From: an uncultured Candidatus Saccharibacteria bacterium
GTDB taxonomy: Bacteria > Patescibacteriota > Minisyncoccia > Phycocordibacterales > PALSA-1337
Reading direction: 5' to 3'
NCBI GenBank assembly: GCA_964532285.1
Contig: CAZHHB010000001.1
Coordinates: 895-64,894 of the forward strand
DNA length: 64,000 nucleotides
Positions 8,086 through 17,488 of this stretch are shown piece after piece. The position numbers were made by a program, and so were the translations under genes. A model generated the notes under the pieces. The model saw only the letters and a program-made list of their open reading frames with translations. It was not told the origin of the DNA and made no database searches. How positions within the stretch are numbered: the first letter of the stretch is position 1; every line of letters begins with the position of its first letter.

Positions 8086-9360
8086 TTAGTATTCCCTCAT
8101 CGCCACTTGTGCGTCAACTTTCTTGAGTAGATCCAAAGCCACAGAAACTACGATGAGAAGTGCTGTACCACCTATAGCTAGACTTTGATTGGAGGTAAAT
8201 GCCTGCATTGCCAGAGGAAGCACCGCGATAATACCTAGGAATAAAGCACCCACCAATGTTATACGAGTGACGATATTGCCGATATGAGCTTGCGTATGTT
8301 CACCTGGACGAACACCTGGGATGAAAGCGCCAGAACGCTGGAGATTTTCGGAGATCATCTTTGGATCGAAAGTGATGGCTGTATAGAAATAAGTAAATAT
8401 AACCACCAAGACAAAGTATGCTGTGCCGTATACCCATTGATTATTGAAGAATGTCGTAAAGGATGAAGCTACACTAGCTATGGTTGGATAATTTGTGAGA
8501 TGTGATAGGAAATTGGAAATTATCTGAGGAAATAGAAGAATGGATAGAGCAAAGATTATTGGGATAACACCTGCTTGATTCAAGCGCAAAGGCAGATATG
8601 TCGAAGCTCCTCCGTAGACTTTGTTGCCACGAACTTGCTTGGCATAAGTCACAGGGACAGAACGCTCGGCTTCGGTCACATATACCACGCCCGCGATAAC
8701 TGCTAGAGCTACTACCAAAGCGCCGATGTACAAAGGTATGTTTTCTGGACTGTAACCAGCGATGAGCTGTGTGACTTTCGTAGGGAGACTAGAGACTATA
8801 CCGGCGAAGATGATGAGTGACACCCCATTTCCTATGCCAAATTCTGAGATGAGTTCACCGACCCACATGAGGAGGATTGAACCCGCAGTAACCACAATGA
8901 CTGCCGTTGTAAAATCAAAAGTGGAAAGACTAGGCAAGACATTTTGAGATTGGAGTAGTATCAAAAAACCTATAGCTTGAATCACAGCCAACGGCGCACC
9001 TATCAAACGAGAATATTGCGAGAGCTTCATGCGGCCAGCATCGCCTTCTTCGTGCATCAGATTCTTCCACTTTGGGAACATCATAGTCAAAAGCTGAATG
9101 ATGATGGAGGCTGTGATAAAGGGACCGACACCAAGCATCACGATAGATAGATTGGACAAGCCACCGCCAGAGAAAATATTCAAAAATCCAAAAAATTGAC
9201 TGGAGGAGAGGAGTTTCGCCAAACTTGCAGCATCAACTCCTGGTATAGGGATAGCAGCCAAGAGGCGGAAAACAACTAATGCAAGAACAGTGAAACCAAG
9301 CCTCTTTCTGAGGATTGGATCCCTAAGCGCCAGTTGTATTTTGGCCCACAGATTTTGCAT
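8086..9360 (-). CDS. secY: Preprotein translocase subunit SecY
   Basis: 424 aa, 10 TM helices, SecY signature segments. Confidence 0.92.
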   Translation of the reverse strand: MQNLWAKIQLALRDPILRKRLGFTVLALVVFRLLAAIPIPGVDAASLAKLLSSSQFFGFLNIFSGGGLSNLSIVMLGVGPFITASIIIQLLTMMFPKWKNLMHEEGDAGRMKLSQYSRLIGAPLAVIQAIGFLILLQSQNVLPSLSTFDFTTAVIVVTAGSILLMWVGELISEFGIGNGVSLIIFAGIVSSLPTKVTQLIAGYSPENIPLYIGALVVALAVIAGVVYVTEAERSVPVTYAKQVRGNKVYGGASTYLPLRLNQAGVIPIIFALSILLFPQIISNFLSHLTNYPTIASVASSFTTFFNNQWVYGTAYFVLVVIFTYFYTAITFDPKMISENLQRSGAFIPGVRPGEHTQAHIGNIVTRITLVGALFLGIIAVLPLAMQAFTSNQSLAIGGTALLIVVSVALDLLKKVDAQVAMREY

Positions 9361-9364
9361 ATTT

Positions 9365-10024
9365 TTATATATTACTCTTTGTCTCCTTCTTCGTCGAGGA
9401 TTTGGCTTCTTTTGGGACTTTTGCTTCTTTTACAGCTTTGACATCCTTGTTAACCGATTTCTCTTTGGAAAATTTCTTCTCTTTCACTGGAAGTGCCTCT
9501 TTTGCTTCAGCAGCCTTCTCTGTAGCAGGTTTCTTTACCTTTGGAACCTTCACAACAATCTTCTGTGTAGTTATAGGAACGACGATAGCGATAGTACCAC
9601 CAGCCTTTTCTATTTTATCCTTTGCTGAACCAGAGACGAAACAACCTGAGACCTTGAGAGCTTTCGTAATCTCACCATCACCCAAAATCTTCACCTTTGG
9701 AGTCTTGCCGGACTGAGTAGAGATAACACCGCTCTCAACCAAGATAGTTGGAGTTACAGAAGCACCAGCATCAAAAGATTTCTCTAAGATTGAAAGATTG
9801 ATAATAGCTGGTTTGGTCTGAATAGATTTGTTGGAATTTTTGCCACGACCGCGCAACTTTGGAAGTTTCTTGATGATATCCCTCCATTCTGGACGGCGTT
9901 TGTTACCAGCACGAGCTGATTGACCCTTGCCTCCACGACCAGCAGTCTTGCCGCGCTTACCACCACGTGCCACGATCATACGCTTCGTATTCGGATATTT
10001 TCTTTTCAGTTGATTGGTTTGCAT
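9365..10024 (-). CDS. rplO: 50S ribosomal protein L15 with a Lys/Ala-rich C-terminal extension
   Basis: N-terminus MQTNQLKRKYPNTKRMIVARGGKRGKTAGRGGKGQ is L15-like. The 219-aa length reflects a ~70-aa KxxKE-rich tail. Confidence 0.85.
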   Translation of the reverse strand: MQTNQLKRKYPNTKRMIVARGGKRGKTAGRGGKGQSARAGNKRRPEWRDIIKKLPKLRGRGKNSNKSIQTKPAIINLSILEKSFDAGASVTPTILVESGVISTQSGKTPKVKILGDGEITKALKVSGCFVSGSAKDKIEKAGGTIAIVVPITTQKIVVKVPKVKKPATEKAAEAKEALPVKEKKFSKEKSVNKDVKAVKEAKVPKEAKSSTKKETKSNI

Positions 10025-10066
10025 GATGTTAAGTTAAAAGTTGAAAGTAAAAAGTTAAAAGTAAGA

Positions 10067-10855
10067 TTATGCGGCTTTTTCTTTGTTAGCAGGATTCAGC
10101 ATCTTTCGAGACACCTTACTCAATTTTTTCAAAGCCTCAATAGTAGCCTTGGCATTGTTCAGACGGTTCTTGCTACCAGAAAGGAATTTGGCACAGACAT
10201 CCTTGATACCACAAAGCTCAATGACTGCTCTGGCGGAACTTCCAGCGACCACTCCGCGACCACGAGCTGGGAAGATCTTGATCATAGCACTGCCATATTT
10301 GCCTTCTACGGCATGAGGAATCACCATCTGAGGTGAGAGAGGAACTTTGATGAGATTCTTCTTGGCTTCACGAGTGGCCTTCTCTACTGAACCAGCAGTA
10401 TCTCCACCCTTGCCCAAGCCCACTCCGACGCGACCTTTGTGATCTCCAGCCACAACAGCGACACTGAAATTCATCCTTCTACCTCCAGAAGTCACACGGG
10501 TCACACGGCGAATATCTATAATCTTGGAATCAAACTCTGGTTTGACGCGTTCACGGTTATCACTGCGTCCACCTCTACTGCCACCCCTTCCCTGAGGGCC
10601 ACTGGCATTACCCTGACTTCGTCCGCCCCTCCTAGCTGGATCACCGCGCATCTTGCGTCCTGGTGTAAATTTGTTGGCACTAGGAGCCGTGGCTGGGATA
10701 ACAGTGTCCAAAGCTTCGACAACCACAGCGTCAGAGACACCATCAGAGATGATAGCTCCGACATCGACTCCCGTTGCGGGGATCTTCGTATCCAAAACAG
10801 CCTCACTGTTCAAGGTCTTGTCTTCGTTATTTGTTTTTATTTCTTTTGCATTCAT
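10067..10855 (-). CDS. rpsE: 30S ribosomal protein S5 with an N-terminal extension
   Basis: S5 core RVTRVTSGGRRMNFSVAVVAGDHKGRVGVGLGK. Only 42 bp separate it from rplO, so there is no room for the L30 gene. Confidence 0.88.
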   Translation of the reverse strand: MNAKEIKTNNEDKTLNSEAVLDTKIPATGVDVGAIISDGVSDAVVVEALDTVIPATAPSANKFTPGRKMRGDPARRGGRSQGNASGPQGRGGSRGGRSDNRERVKPEFDSKIIDIRRVTRVTSGGRRMNFSVAVVAGDHKGRVGVGLGKGGDTAGSVEKATREAKKNLIKVPLSPQMVIPHAVEGKYGSAMIKIFPARGRGVVAGSSARAVIELCGIKDVCAKFLSGSKNRLNNAKATIEALKKLSKVSRKMLNPANKEKAA

Positions 10856-10869
10856 ATTATAAAATTAAA

Positions 10870-11220
10870 TTAGAATTCCAAACCTCCTTCACGGGCGGCA
10901 TCAGCTACGACTTTGATCTTGCCTGTATACATATAACCTGCCCTATCAAAGACAACTTTCTTGATCTTAGCTTCTTTGGCTTTCTTTGCGATTTCCAAAC
11001 CAACCTCCTTGGCTCTATCCACTGGAGTCTTGCCTTTGGTTTTGCGGGAATCAGCTGAAACAAGAGTATGTGCCTTGTCATCGTTGATGATCTGAGCATA
11101 GATGAACTTGTGAGACTTGAAGATTGCAAGACGAGGTCTCTCTTCTGTTCCATGGATCTTGGCACGAACGCGAGCTTTGCGTCTGGCGAAGATTTTGTGT
11201 TGTATCTGTAATTTATTCAT
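10870..11220 (-). CDS. rplR: 50S ribosomal protein L18
   Basis: 116 aa. [33 protein letters not shown]. Confidence 0.9.
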   Translation of the reverse strand: MNKLQIQHKIFARRKARVRAKIHGTEERPRLAIFKSHKFIYAQIINDDKAHTLVSADSRKTKGKTPVDRAKEVGLEIAKKAKEAKIKKVVFDRAGYMYTGKIKVVADAAREGGLEF

Positions 11221-11247
11221 TGTATTTGTATTGAATGTCCCAGAGGA

Positions 11248-11781
11248 TTATGCGGCCTTCTTACCTTGCTTCCTGCGGATGACTTCATCAGAATATCGGA
11301 CACCCTTGCCTAGATACGGCTCTGGTTTCTTCAAGGCTCGGACCTGTGCGGCGAATTGTCCAACCTTCTCGCAGTCAATACCTGAGATAGTAACTGTGTT
11401 TTTCTCTGAAGTAACCTTGAGATCGTCTGGTATAGGGACAGATATAGGGTGAGAGAATCCTAGAGCCAGGGCCAATTCCTTACCTTTTACATCAGCTTTG
11501 TAACCAATACCTTCAATGATCAATTTCTTTTCGTATGCCTTGTGAACTCCGGCAATCATATTTTTTATATGAGAAGCGTATGTTCCCCACAAAGCCTTGG
11601 TCTCTATACTCTCAAAAGCTGGGGTCAAAGTGATGGAGTCCTTTTCTATCAAAATATTGATATTTGGCTTAAAATATTTCGTCAAAGTACCAAGAGGGCC
11701 CTTGATAGTCATAATGCCTCCCGAATAACTGGCTTCGGTTTTGGCTGGGAGTACGATAGGTTTTTTTGCAATTCTTGACAT
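11248..11781 (-). CDS. rplF: 50S ribosomal protein L6
   Basis: 177 aa. MSRIAKKPIVLP...ITLTP, two L6 repeats. Confidence 0.9.
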   Translation of the reverse strand: MSRIAKKPIVLPAKTEASYSGGIMTIKGPLGTLTKYFKPNINILIEKDSITLTPAFESIETKALWGTYASHIKNMIAGVHKAYEKKLIIEGIGYKADVKGKELALALGFSHPISVPIPDDLKVTSEKNTVTISGIDCEKVGQFAAQVRALKKPEPYLGKGVRYSDEVIRRKQGKKAA

Positions 11782-11798
11782 AGTATTTATTTGAATGA

Positions 11799-12191
11799 TT
11801 ACCAGATTCTGAAAAGAACCTCGCCTCCGACCTTTAGTTTCTTTGCTTCGTGATCCACGAGCACACCCTTTGGTGTAGAAAGGAATGAATTACCAAAACC
11901 ACTCCTGAATGTACGAATGTCATTGTATTTCTGGTACATGCGTCGGGAAGGCTTGGAAATGCGCTCTGCCCCATGGATACGAGGCTCATTATCTAAATAA
12001 GAAAGACCAACCATAATCTCTGATACAAAAGACTTGCCTTTTTTCTCAACACTTGAGATAAAGCCAGCTTTCTTCAAAGCATACGCGACATCTTCGGCAA
12101 ACTTAGAATATCTGATAGAAACAATATCCTTGCCGGCATCACTGCCGTTTTTGAGTCTGATTATGAGGTCTGAAATAGGGTCAGTTAACAT
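11799..12191 (-). CDS. rpsH: 30S ribosomal protein S8
   Basis: MLTDPISDLIIRLKNG start. The track ORF extends upstream to 12275, overlapping rpsN, so the start is trimmed to the conserved Met. Confidence 0.88.
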   Translation of the reverse strand: MLTDPISDLIIRLKNGSDAGKDIVSIRYSKFAEDVAYALKKAGFISSVEKKGKSFVSEIMVGLSYLDNEPRIHGAERISKPSRRMYQKYNDIRTFRSGFGNSFLSTPKGVLVDHEAKKLKVGGEVLFRIW

Positions 12192-12205
12192 GGAATTGAA
12201 ATATA

Positions 12206-12391
12206 TTACCAGGATGATTTCTTGATGCCTGGGATAGCGCCTTCGTTTGCGAACTCTCTGAAACAGATACGGCAAAGGTCAAAATCTCTCATGTAGCCAT
12301 GCTTGCGTCCACAACGGAAGCAACGCCTAACGACGCGCGACTTGAATTTCGGCTTCTTCTGTGACCTAGCTATAACGGATGTTTTTGCCAT
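12206..12391 (-). CDS. rpsN: 30S ribosomal protein S14 type Z (zinc-binding)
   Basis: 61 aa. CxxC...CxxC ([24 protein letters not shown]). Confidence 0.9.
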   Translation of the reverse strand: MAKTSVIARSQKKPKFKSRVVRRCFRCGRKHGYMRDFDLCRICFREFANEGAIPGIKKSSW

Positions 12392-12510
12392 ATTGCGATT
12401 TTCTTCAAAGAAAAGTGGATTGGTTAGCTTGTTCTCTGGGTTTTATCCCGAAGGACCGTGCTTCCAATCGCTATTCTCTTGCTATTCCCTTACTTTTTAA
12501 GGTATTTAAG

Positions 12511-12539
12511 ATGATAGCAGATAGGGGTGAGGGAGTCAA
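12511..12539 (-). promoter_or_regulatory. Sigma70-like promoter TTGACT-N17-TATCAT driving the rpsN-to-map fragment
   Basis: Read on the minus strand, the -35 is TTGACT (complement of 12534-12539), followed by a 17-nt spacer and the -10 TATCAT (complement of 12511-12516). It lies about 120 nt upstream of the rpsN start. Confidence 0.4.
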
Positions 12540-12662
12540 CCAATCAAGATAGCGGCTAGATTACCACTCGAATGTATCAATAATGTTTTGTTTTGTATTA
12601 CATTTCTAATACGATCAATAATCCCCTGTCGTTCCAATATCCTTGGTGCTTTGGGAAGTATG

Positions 12663-13811
12663 TTATTTATCCTCGAATAGATTTACATATTCACGATGAA
12701 TATAAAGCGACGGTTTTACGCCTTCGCCCTTTCGAAGCAACTTGAGGACACCTACTTCTATCAGTTTATCAATCAATTTTATAGTCCCCTGTCTAGTATA
12801 TCCCGTCCATTCTTCAATATGTGCCGTTGATGCGACAGGACTCTTGTATAGATTCTGTAACACACGAGCTGCTGTATCTGTGGGGTTAGTAGCTATTCTA
12901 GAAATTTTTTCGAGATCTTTATCACGAAGTTTTGTGATCTTCTTGGAGACCTCAATGGCTTGCTGTGCGGTATCAATAACCGCATCTAGGAAGAAATCTA
13001 CCCATGGCAAAATATCCCCGATATGATATCCGGCAAGTCTCTGATAATATATTTTCTGGTGTCTTTTAAAATACGATGAAAGAAACAGGGTCGGAAGCTC
13101 CAAGAATTTATAGTGAATAAGATAAAATGTAATCAGTAGACGACCAGTACGTCCATTACCATCAAGAAACGGGTGCACTGTCTCAAATTGAGCATGGAGA
13201 AGTCCCGCGTCAATAATCGGATGAATATATGGTGAGTGAATAAATCCCTCGACATCGTTTAGTGCTTCTGGCAATTCTTCATATGTTGGCAGGACAAAGC
13301 TTGCATTACTAGGAGCTGTTCCTCCAATATAATTCTGGCTCTTTCTAAATTCGCCAGGATCTGAAAAATGCGTAGCACGAGCCCCCTTCATAAGTTCTTT
13401 ATGGAGTTCACGAATAAAGCGTAAAGAAAAAGGAAAATTATCCTCTTTTAATCTCTTTAATCCATAATGTAACGCCGCAATATAGTGTGAGATATCATCC
13501 GCATCAGTATCACTTGGGTTTGCGGGGTCAGCAACATATTCAAAGGCTTCAACCATTGTTGCTTTTGTACCTTCGATCTGTGAAGAGGATGTTGCATCTT
13601 TTGTAATATATGAGGATATAAAATAATCTACATCCGGCAATAAAAGTGTGATGCCAGAAAGTTTCCCCAAGAGAAATTGAGCTTCATTTGCCTTTTGAAG
13701 CATCTTCTTATCCCCTTCAATCAAAGTCCTTATTTTTGCAGGAAAAGGAAGCAGTGACAGATATTCATAACCGTTTACATGTTTCCTTGTTATTCCTATT
13801 TGTATTTTCAT
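12663..13811 (-). CDS. Fic family protein (AMPylation/filamentation domain)
   Basis: Canonical Fic motif HPFLDGNGRTGRLL. 382 aa with an N-terminal helical region and a C-terminal winged-helix-like tail. Inserted in the spc cluster. Confidence 0.85.
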   Translation of the reverse strand: MKIQIGITRKHVNGYEYLSLLPFPAKIRTLIEGDKKMLQKANEAQFLLGKLSGITLLLPDVDYFISSYITKDATSSSQIEGTKATMVEAFEYVADPANPSDTDADDISHYIAALHYGLKRLKEDNFPFSLRFIRELHKELMKGARATHFSDPGEFRKSQNYIGGTAPSNASFVLPTYEELPEALNDVEGFIHSPYIHPIIDAGLLHAQFETVHPFLDGNGRTGRLLITFYLIHYKFLELPTLFLSSYFKRHQKIYYQRLAGYHIGDILPWVDFFLDAVIDTAQQAIEVSKKITKLRDKDLEKISRIATNPTDTAARVLQNLYKSPVASTAHIEEWTGYTRQGTIKLIDKLIEVGVLKLLRKGEGVKPSLYIHREYVNLFEDK

Positions 13812-14144
13812 GCATCTGTGGTGTTTATACTATTTTCATAGTTTAAACCATTATATACTTTTAGTTTAAGGTAGTCAACTAGCTTAAACTAAGCCTAAAA
13901 CGGCTTATTTATCTTTAATCCCTCGCAAAACTCAGATATTTTGAGCTGCAACACAACCTCATTTTCTTTAATTCATTGAGTTTCTCCGATACTACCAGAT
14001 GTTGACTACGCCCCACAATTCTGATTCTAGAGCCTTTTTTCTTCTTCAGACGTGTAGCACTCCCGTTCTGGTAATGATTCCATCATATCCTAAAGCTTTC
14101 TGATTTATAGGATGAACTGATGACCGCTAGAAAGCAAAATTTCT

Positions 14145-15248
14145 CTATTCTTCTAACTTGACGAATTTGCCATCTTTGAAAATTTTTACATCACTTATCA
14201 GCGTTCTTGATCCCGTCTCGTCGAAAGTTATTTCGCCCGATATCCCTTTGAGGGAGAAGTTCTTGCTTTCAAGTACACTCTTCCATTCTGATTTATTCTT
14301 TTTTGCAAGCACTCTCGAAATAATCTGGATCGAATCGTAACCATAGACACCGAGGAAATTTGGTTCTATTCCATAAAGCTGTTTGTATCGCTCAACATAG
14401 TTTTTTTCGGTCGTGTCGGCAATCATAGTTGAGATGCAATTATTGAACACAGTTTTATCGGCAACCTTTTTCAGAAAATCTCCGATGGTAAGTTCAATAT
14501 TTCCGTCGCATATCATCTGTGGTCTCTTGGATCCGCCCTGTTTGGCAATTTCATTAATAAGTTTACTTCCCTGTTCAATCGGCAAAAATACCGTATATGC
14601 ACTCACTCCTTCATGGAGCATTTTTGTTACCTCTGTCCTCATATCTGAATTCGGAGCAATTGGGACTTCAATGTAGTCTTTATTACCTAATCCTGCTATA
14701 AACTGTGCCTTGTTTGGTGCCGCCAACGCCCAATCGTTTGCATATACAATCGCTATTTTGCCATACCTTCCTGAGACAGCCTTACCTAGATCTTTGAATA
14801 AAGCGGTAGCCCATGGAATTACTTCGAAGATATTATCTTTCTCGATCGAAGCTTCATTTCCAATCGCTAACATCAATTCATCAGTCTTATTTATTATAGG
14901 CTTAATTGCCTCAAGCGTAGGACTGTCGAGTCCGATAACAATATCAACATCATCAAATGTCTGCAGTTTATTATATGCGGACAAGACTTTTGCGGTATCA
15001 AATCCTCCATCCTCATATATAATCTCAATGTTCTTGTCTTCCAAATCATTGAAGCTCATCTGTATTGAGTTCTTTACAGCCTCTCCAAATGCGGCTCCAT
15101 ATTCTCCAGAAAGAGGTAATATTACCCCAACCCTGATCTTCCCATTTGATTCAGCCTCATTTCTATCGCCCTTAACGGCAAGACCAATTACAACAACCAC
15201 AACCAAGACAGCCACTGTCAACCAAAGTATTTTTGTGTTTTTATTCAT
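14145..15248 (-). CDS. Membrane-anchored periplasmic-binding-protein type I (Leu/Ile/Val-binding-protein-like ABC substrate-binding protein)
   Basis: N-terminal TM/signal anchor. PBP1 fold pattern (GVILPLSG...IVIG...YANDWA...GYDS). No cognate permease nearby. Confidence 0.6.
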   Translation of the reverse strand: MNKNTKILWLTVAVLVVVVVIGLAVKGDRNEAESNGKIRVGVILPLSGEYGAAFGEAVKNSIQMSFNDLEDKNIEIIYEDGGFDTAKVLSAYNKLQTFDDVDIVIGLDSPTLEAIKPIINKTDELMLAIGNEASIEKDNIFEVIPWATALFKDLGKAVSGRYGKIAIVYANDWALAAPNKAQFIAGLGNKDYIEVPIAPNSDMRTEVTKMLHEGVSAYTVFLPIEQGSKLINEIAKQGGSKRPQMICDGNIELTIGDFLKKVADKTVFNNCISTMIADTTEKNYVERYKQLYGIEPNFLGVYGYDSIQIISRVLAKKNKSEWKSVLESKNFSLKGISGEITFDETGSRTLISDVKIFKDGKFVKLEE

Positions 15249-15371
15249 ATACTTTTACTTTTATGTTTAATGCCGTCATTATAGAACATAATTGTAATAA
15301 TATGAAAAAAATGTTTATTTACTTCCTCTTTTAAATTACCCCCTTATTTACAAGACTTATTTCGCATTTAC

Positions 15372-15400
15372 TTGACTAATTTTTCGACAAAATATAGTAT
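15372..15400 (+). promoter_or_regulatory. Promoter TTGACT-N17-TAGTAT giving a leaderless transcript for the TrmB-like gene
   Basis: The -10 ends 7 nt before the ATG at 15408. The upstream TTG used by the ORF track is itself the -35 hexamer. Confidence 0.45.
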
Positions 15401-15407
15401 CATTAAA

Positions 15408-16235
15408 ATGAATATTACCAAGAAGTCCTCTGTTATCATCGGACTGCGAAAGAACGAAGTGGCTGTTTTGAAAGCGTTATCATCAGATGAATTGGTGATA
15501 TCTGACATAGCAATCTCAACACGGATTCCTCGCACTTCCCTTTATTATATGTTACCGAAATTGGAGAAGCGTGGTTTTGTGAAAAGAGTTAAGCGGAATA
15601 AGAAAGTCTTATGGAAAAAAGCAGATGATAAAGACATATATGCTATCCACGAAAGTGTACTGAGAGGATTCAAAAGCAAGGAAAAAGACAGCGTAACCAA
15701 AGAAGTCTCGGACTCAACACAGGTCACTTTTCATTATGGAAACAAAAATGTATTAGCTGTTTTTGATGAAATATCCGATATGTTACCTGAGAGTCGGGTG
15801 TATGGTATCCAACCAGAATTATCTATCGTGGGAGGAGTTGAAAGAAATCCACTTGATGCGATTATTAATTTCAATAAAAAGATTAAATCCAAAAAGATCA
15901 TCGTGGAGGGTATAATTCACGAAAAAGGAACCGACTCGATGGCACAAACTCTCTCGAAAGAAGAAAAAATAAAATTACTAGATAGTTTTAATGATCGCTC
16001 GGCAGATACCACCAAGTTACCTGAAAAGATACTCGAGAAGACAAAAGCGGAAATTTATCTCTATGAAGACAAGGTGGCAATCGTCAACTGGTATGAGGAA
16101 TTCGCAGTGATCATTAAAAATAAAGATGTGTTCGAATTGATAAAAGAAATGTTTAACTCAACCAAGTATTTGTCGGAAAGATATGACCAAAATAGAAAGA
16201 TCTCAATGAGACTTAGGGATTTCGAAGGTAAATAG
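15408..16235 (+). CDS. TrmB-like winged-helix transcriptional regulator with a C-terminal domain of unknown function
   Basis: N-terminal wHTH pattern (LKALSSDELVISDIAISTRIPRTSLYYMLPKLEKRGFVKRV). Start taken as ATG 15408 (MNITKK). Confidence 0.5.
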   Translation: MNITKKSSVIIGLRKNEVAVLKALSSDELVISDIAISTRIPRTSLYYMLPKLEKRGFVKRVKRNKKVLWKKADDKDIYAIHESVLRGFKSKEKDSVTKEVSDSTQVTFHYGNKNVLAVFDEISDMLPESRVYGIQPELSIVGGVERNPLDAIINFNKKIKSKKIIVEGIIHEKGTDSMAQTLSKEEKIKLLDSFNDRSADTTKLPEKILEKTKAEIYLYEDKVAIVNWYEEFAVIIKNKDVFELIKEMFNSTKYLSERYDQNRKISMRLRDFEGK

Positions 16236-16269
16236 ATTATCTTTCCTACTTTCTTTGCCCTCCGTAGCT

Positions 16270-16830
16270 TTAGCGAAGGAGGGTACCTTCCACTCTCTTG
16301 AGCGGCATTCCTATATGTTCCAAAAATGCTAGTGTAGCTTCCTTTGTCCTAGAAGTCGTAACCATAGTGATAGCGAAACCGAAAACATCTTTCAAATCTT
16401 CGTCAGAAGTTTCTGCGAAGATAGTGTGTTCCTTGATACCCATAGTGTAATTACCCATAGCATCCACAGAATCACGAGATAGACCGCGAAAGTCTTTCGT
16501 ACGAGGGAGAGCAATGTGGATCAGACGATCCATAAATTCAAACATTCTCTTACCACGAAGCGTTATCTGGTATCCCAATGGATCATTCAAACGAGTCTTG
16601 AAGGTTGCAACGGCTTTCTTAGCAACACGCACAGCCGGCTTTTGACCAGTGATCTTCGCCAATCTGTCAGCGATAAGTTCAATTTTCTTTTTGTCTTTTA
16701 CGGAACCGAAACCATTAGAAATAACAACCTTCACAAGCTTAGGTGCTTGCATAGGATTCTTCAGACCAAGTTTATCTTTTAAAACCTTGAATGAATCTTT
16801 ATTGAGTTCTGATACTGTTTTGTAAGTCAT
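16270..16830 (-). CDS. rplE: 50S ribosomal protein L5
   Basis: 186 aa. KLVKVVISNGFG...GYQITLRG. The stop codon lies inside the conserved hairpin element 16258-16283. Confidence 0.9.
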   Translation of the reverse strand: MTYKTVSELNKDSFKVLKDKLGLKNPMQAPKLVKVVISNGFGSVKDKKKIELIADRLAKITGQKPAVRVAKKAVATFKTRLNDPLGYQITLRGKRMFEFMDRLIHIALPRTKDFRGLSRDSVDAMGNYTMGIKEHTIFAETSDEDLKDVFGFAITMVTTSRTKEATLAFLEHIGMPLKRVEGTLLR

Positions 16831-16878
16831 GTTATTGTTACCCTTCGAAGCTCTGAGCTTGCGAAGAGCGTAGTAGGG

Positions 16879-17097
16879 TTATGCTTTTTTTGCTACCTTG
16901 GAAACATATATCGGCATCGCTATTTCTACGATCTGACCTTTTTGTCCCTCCTTGCGAGCTCTTTCATGTTTCTTTACGATATTCACACCTTCTACCAAGA
17001 CCATATCTCGTGCAGGAAAAGCTTTGACAACCTTGGCAACCTTGCCTTTGTCATCCCCAGAAAGTATTACGACTGTATCTCCTTTTTTGATATTCAT
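16879..17097 (-). CDS. rplX: 50S ribosomal protein L24
   Basis: MNIKKGDTVVILSGDDKGKVAKV (KOW motif). The track ORF over-extends into rplN, so the start is trimmed. Confidence 0.88.
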   Translation of the reverse strand: MNIKKGDTVVILSGDDKGKVAKVVKAFPARDMVLVEGVNIVKKHERARKEGQKGQIVEIAMPIYVSKVAKKA

Positions 17098-17107
17098 GGT
17101 ATTTATC

Positions 17108-17479
17108 TTAAACGATTTCGGCGGCTTTGGAAGCAATGGTTTTGAAACCAGCTTCACCAACCTCTCTAGGGATCGGACCGAATATACGACCTGCAATCGG
17201 CTCTTTCTTGTCCTTTTCTATGATAACGACGGCATTCTCATCAAAACGAATGTATGAGCCATCTTTTCTTCGGACAGGCTTGGTCTGGCGAACTACGACA
17301 GCATGCAGAACATCTTTCTTTTTGACCGCCTTCCTTGGTTCAGCCTTTTGTACTGAAAGCACAACAATCTCACCTATCTCAGCGTAACGCTTGTGTGTAG
17401 CTCCAAGCACTTTGAATATGCGTCCGATCTTGGCTCCGGAATTGTCTGCAATATTCACTATGGTGCGTGGTTGTATCAT
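17108..17479 (-). CDS. rplN: 50S ribosomal protein L14
   Basis: MIQPRTIVNIADNSGAK. 123 aa. Confidence 0.92.
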   Translation of the reverse strand: MIQPRTIVNIADNSGAKIGRIFKVLGATHKRYAEIGEIVVLSVQKAEPRKAVKKKDVLHAVVVRQTKPVRRKDGSYIRFDENAVVIIEKDKKEPIAGRIFGPIPREVGEAGFKTIASKAAEIV

Positions 17480-17488
17480 GTTTTTGTA

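Noticed and set aside
16258-16283. Considered that the CCTCC...GGAGG arms of the GTAGCTTTAGCG hairpins are simply Shine-Dalgarno sequences (GGAGG) for the next minus-strand gene
   Set aside because: The GGAGG sits 25-40 nt or more from any downstream start codon (for example the rpsQ start at 17746, versus the motif at 17797-17817), and one copy is internal to rpmC coding sequence.
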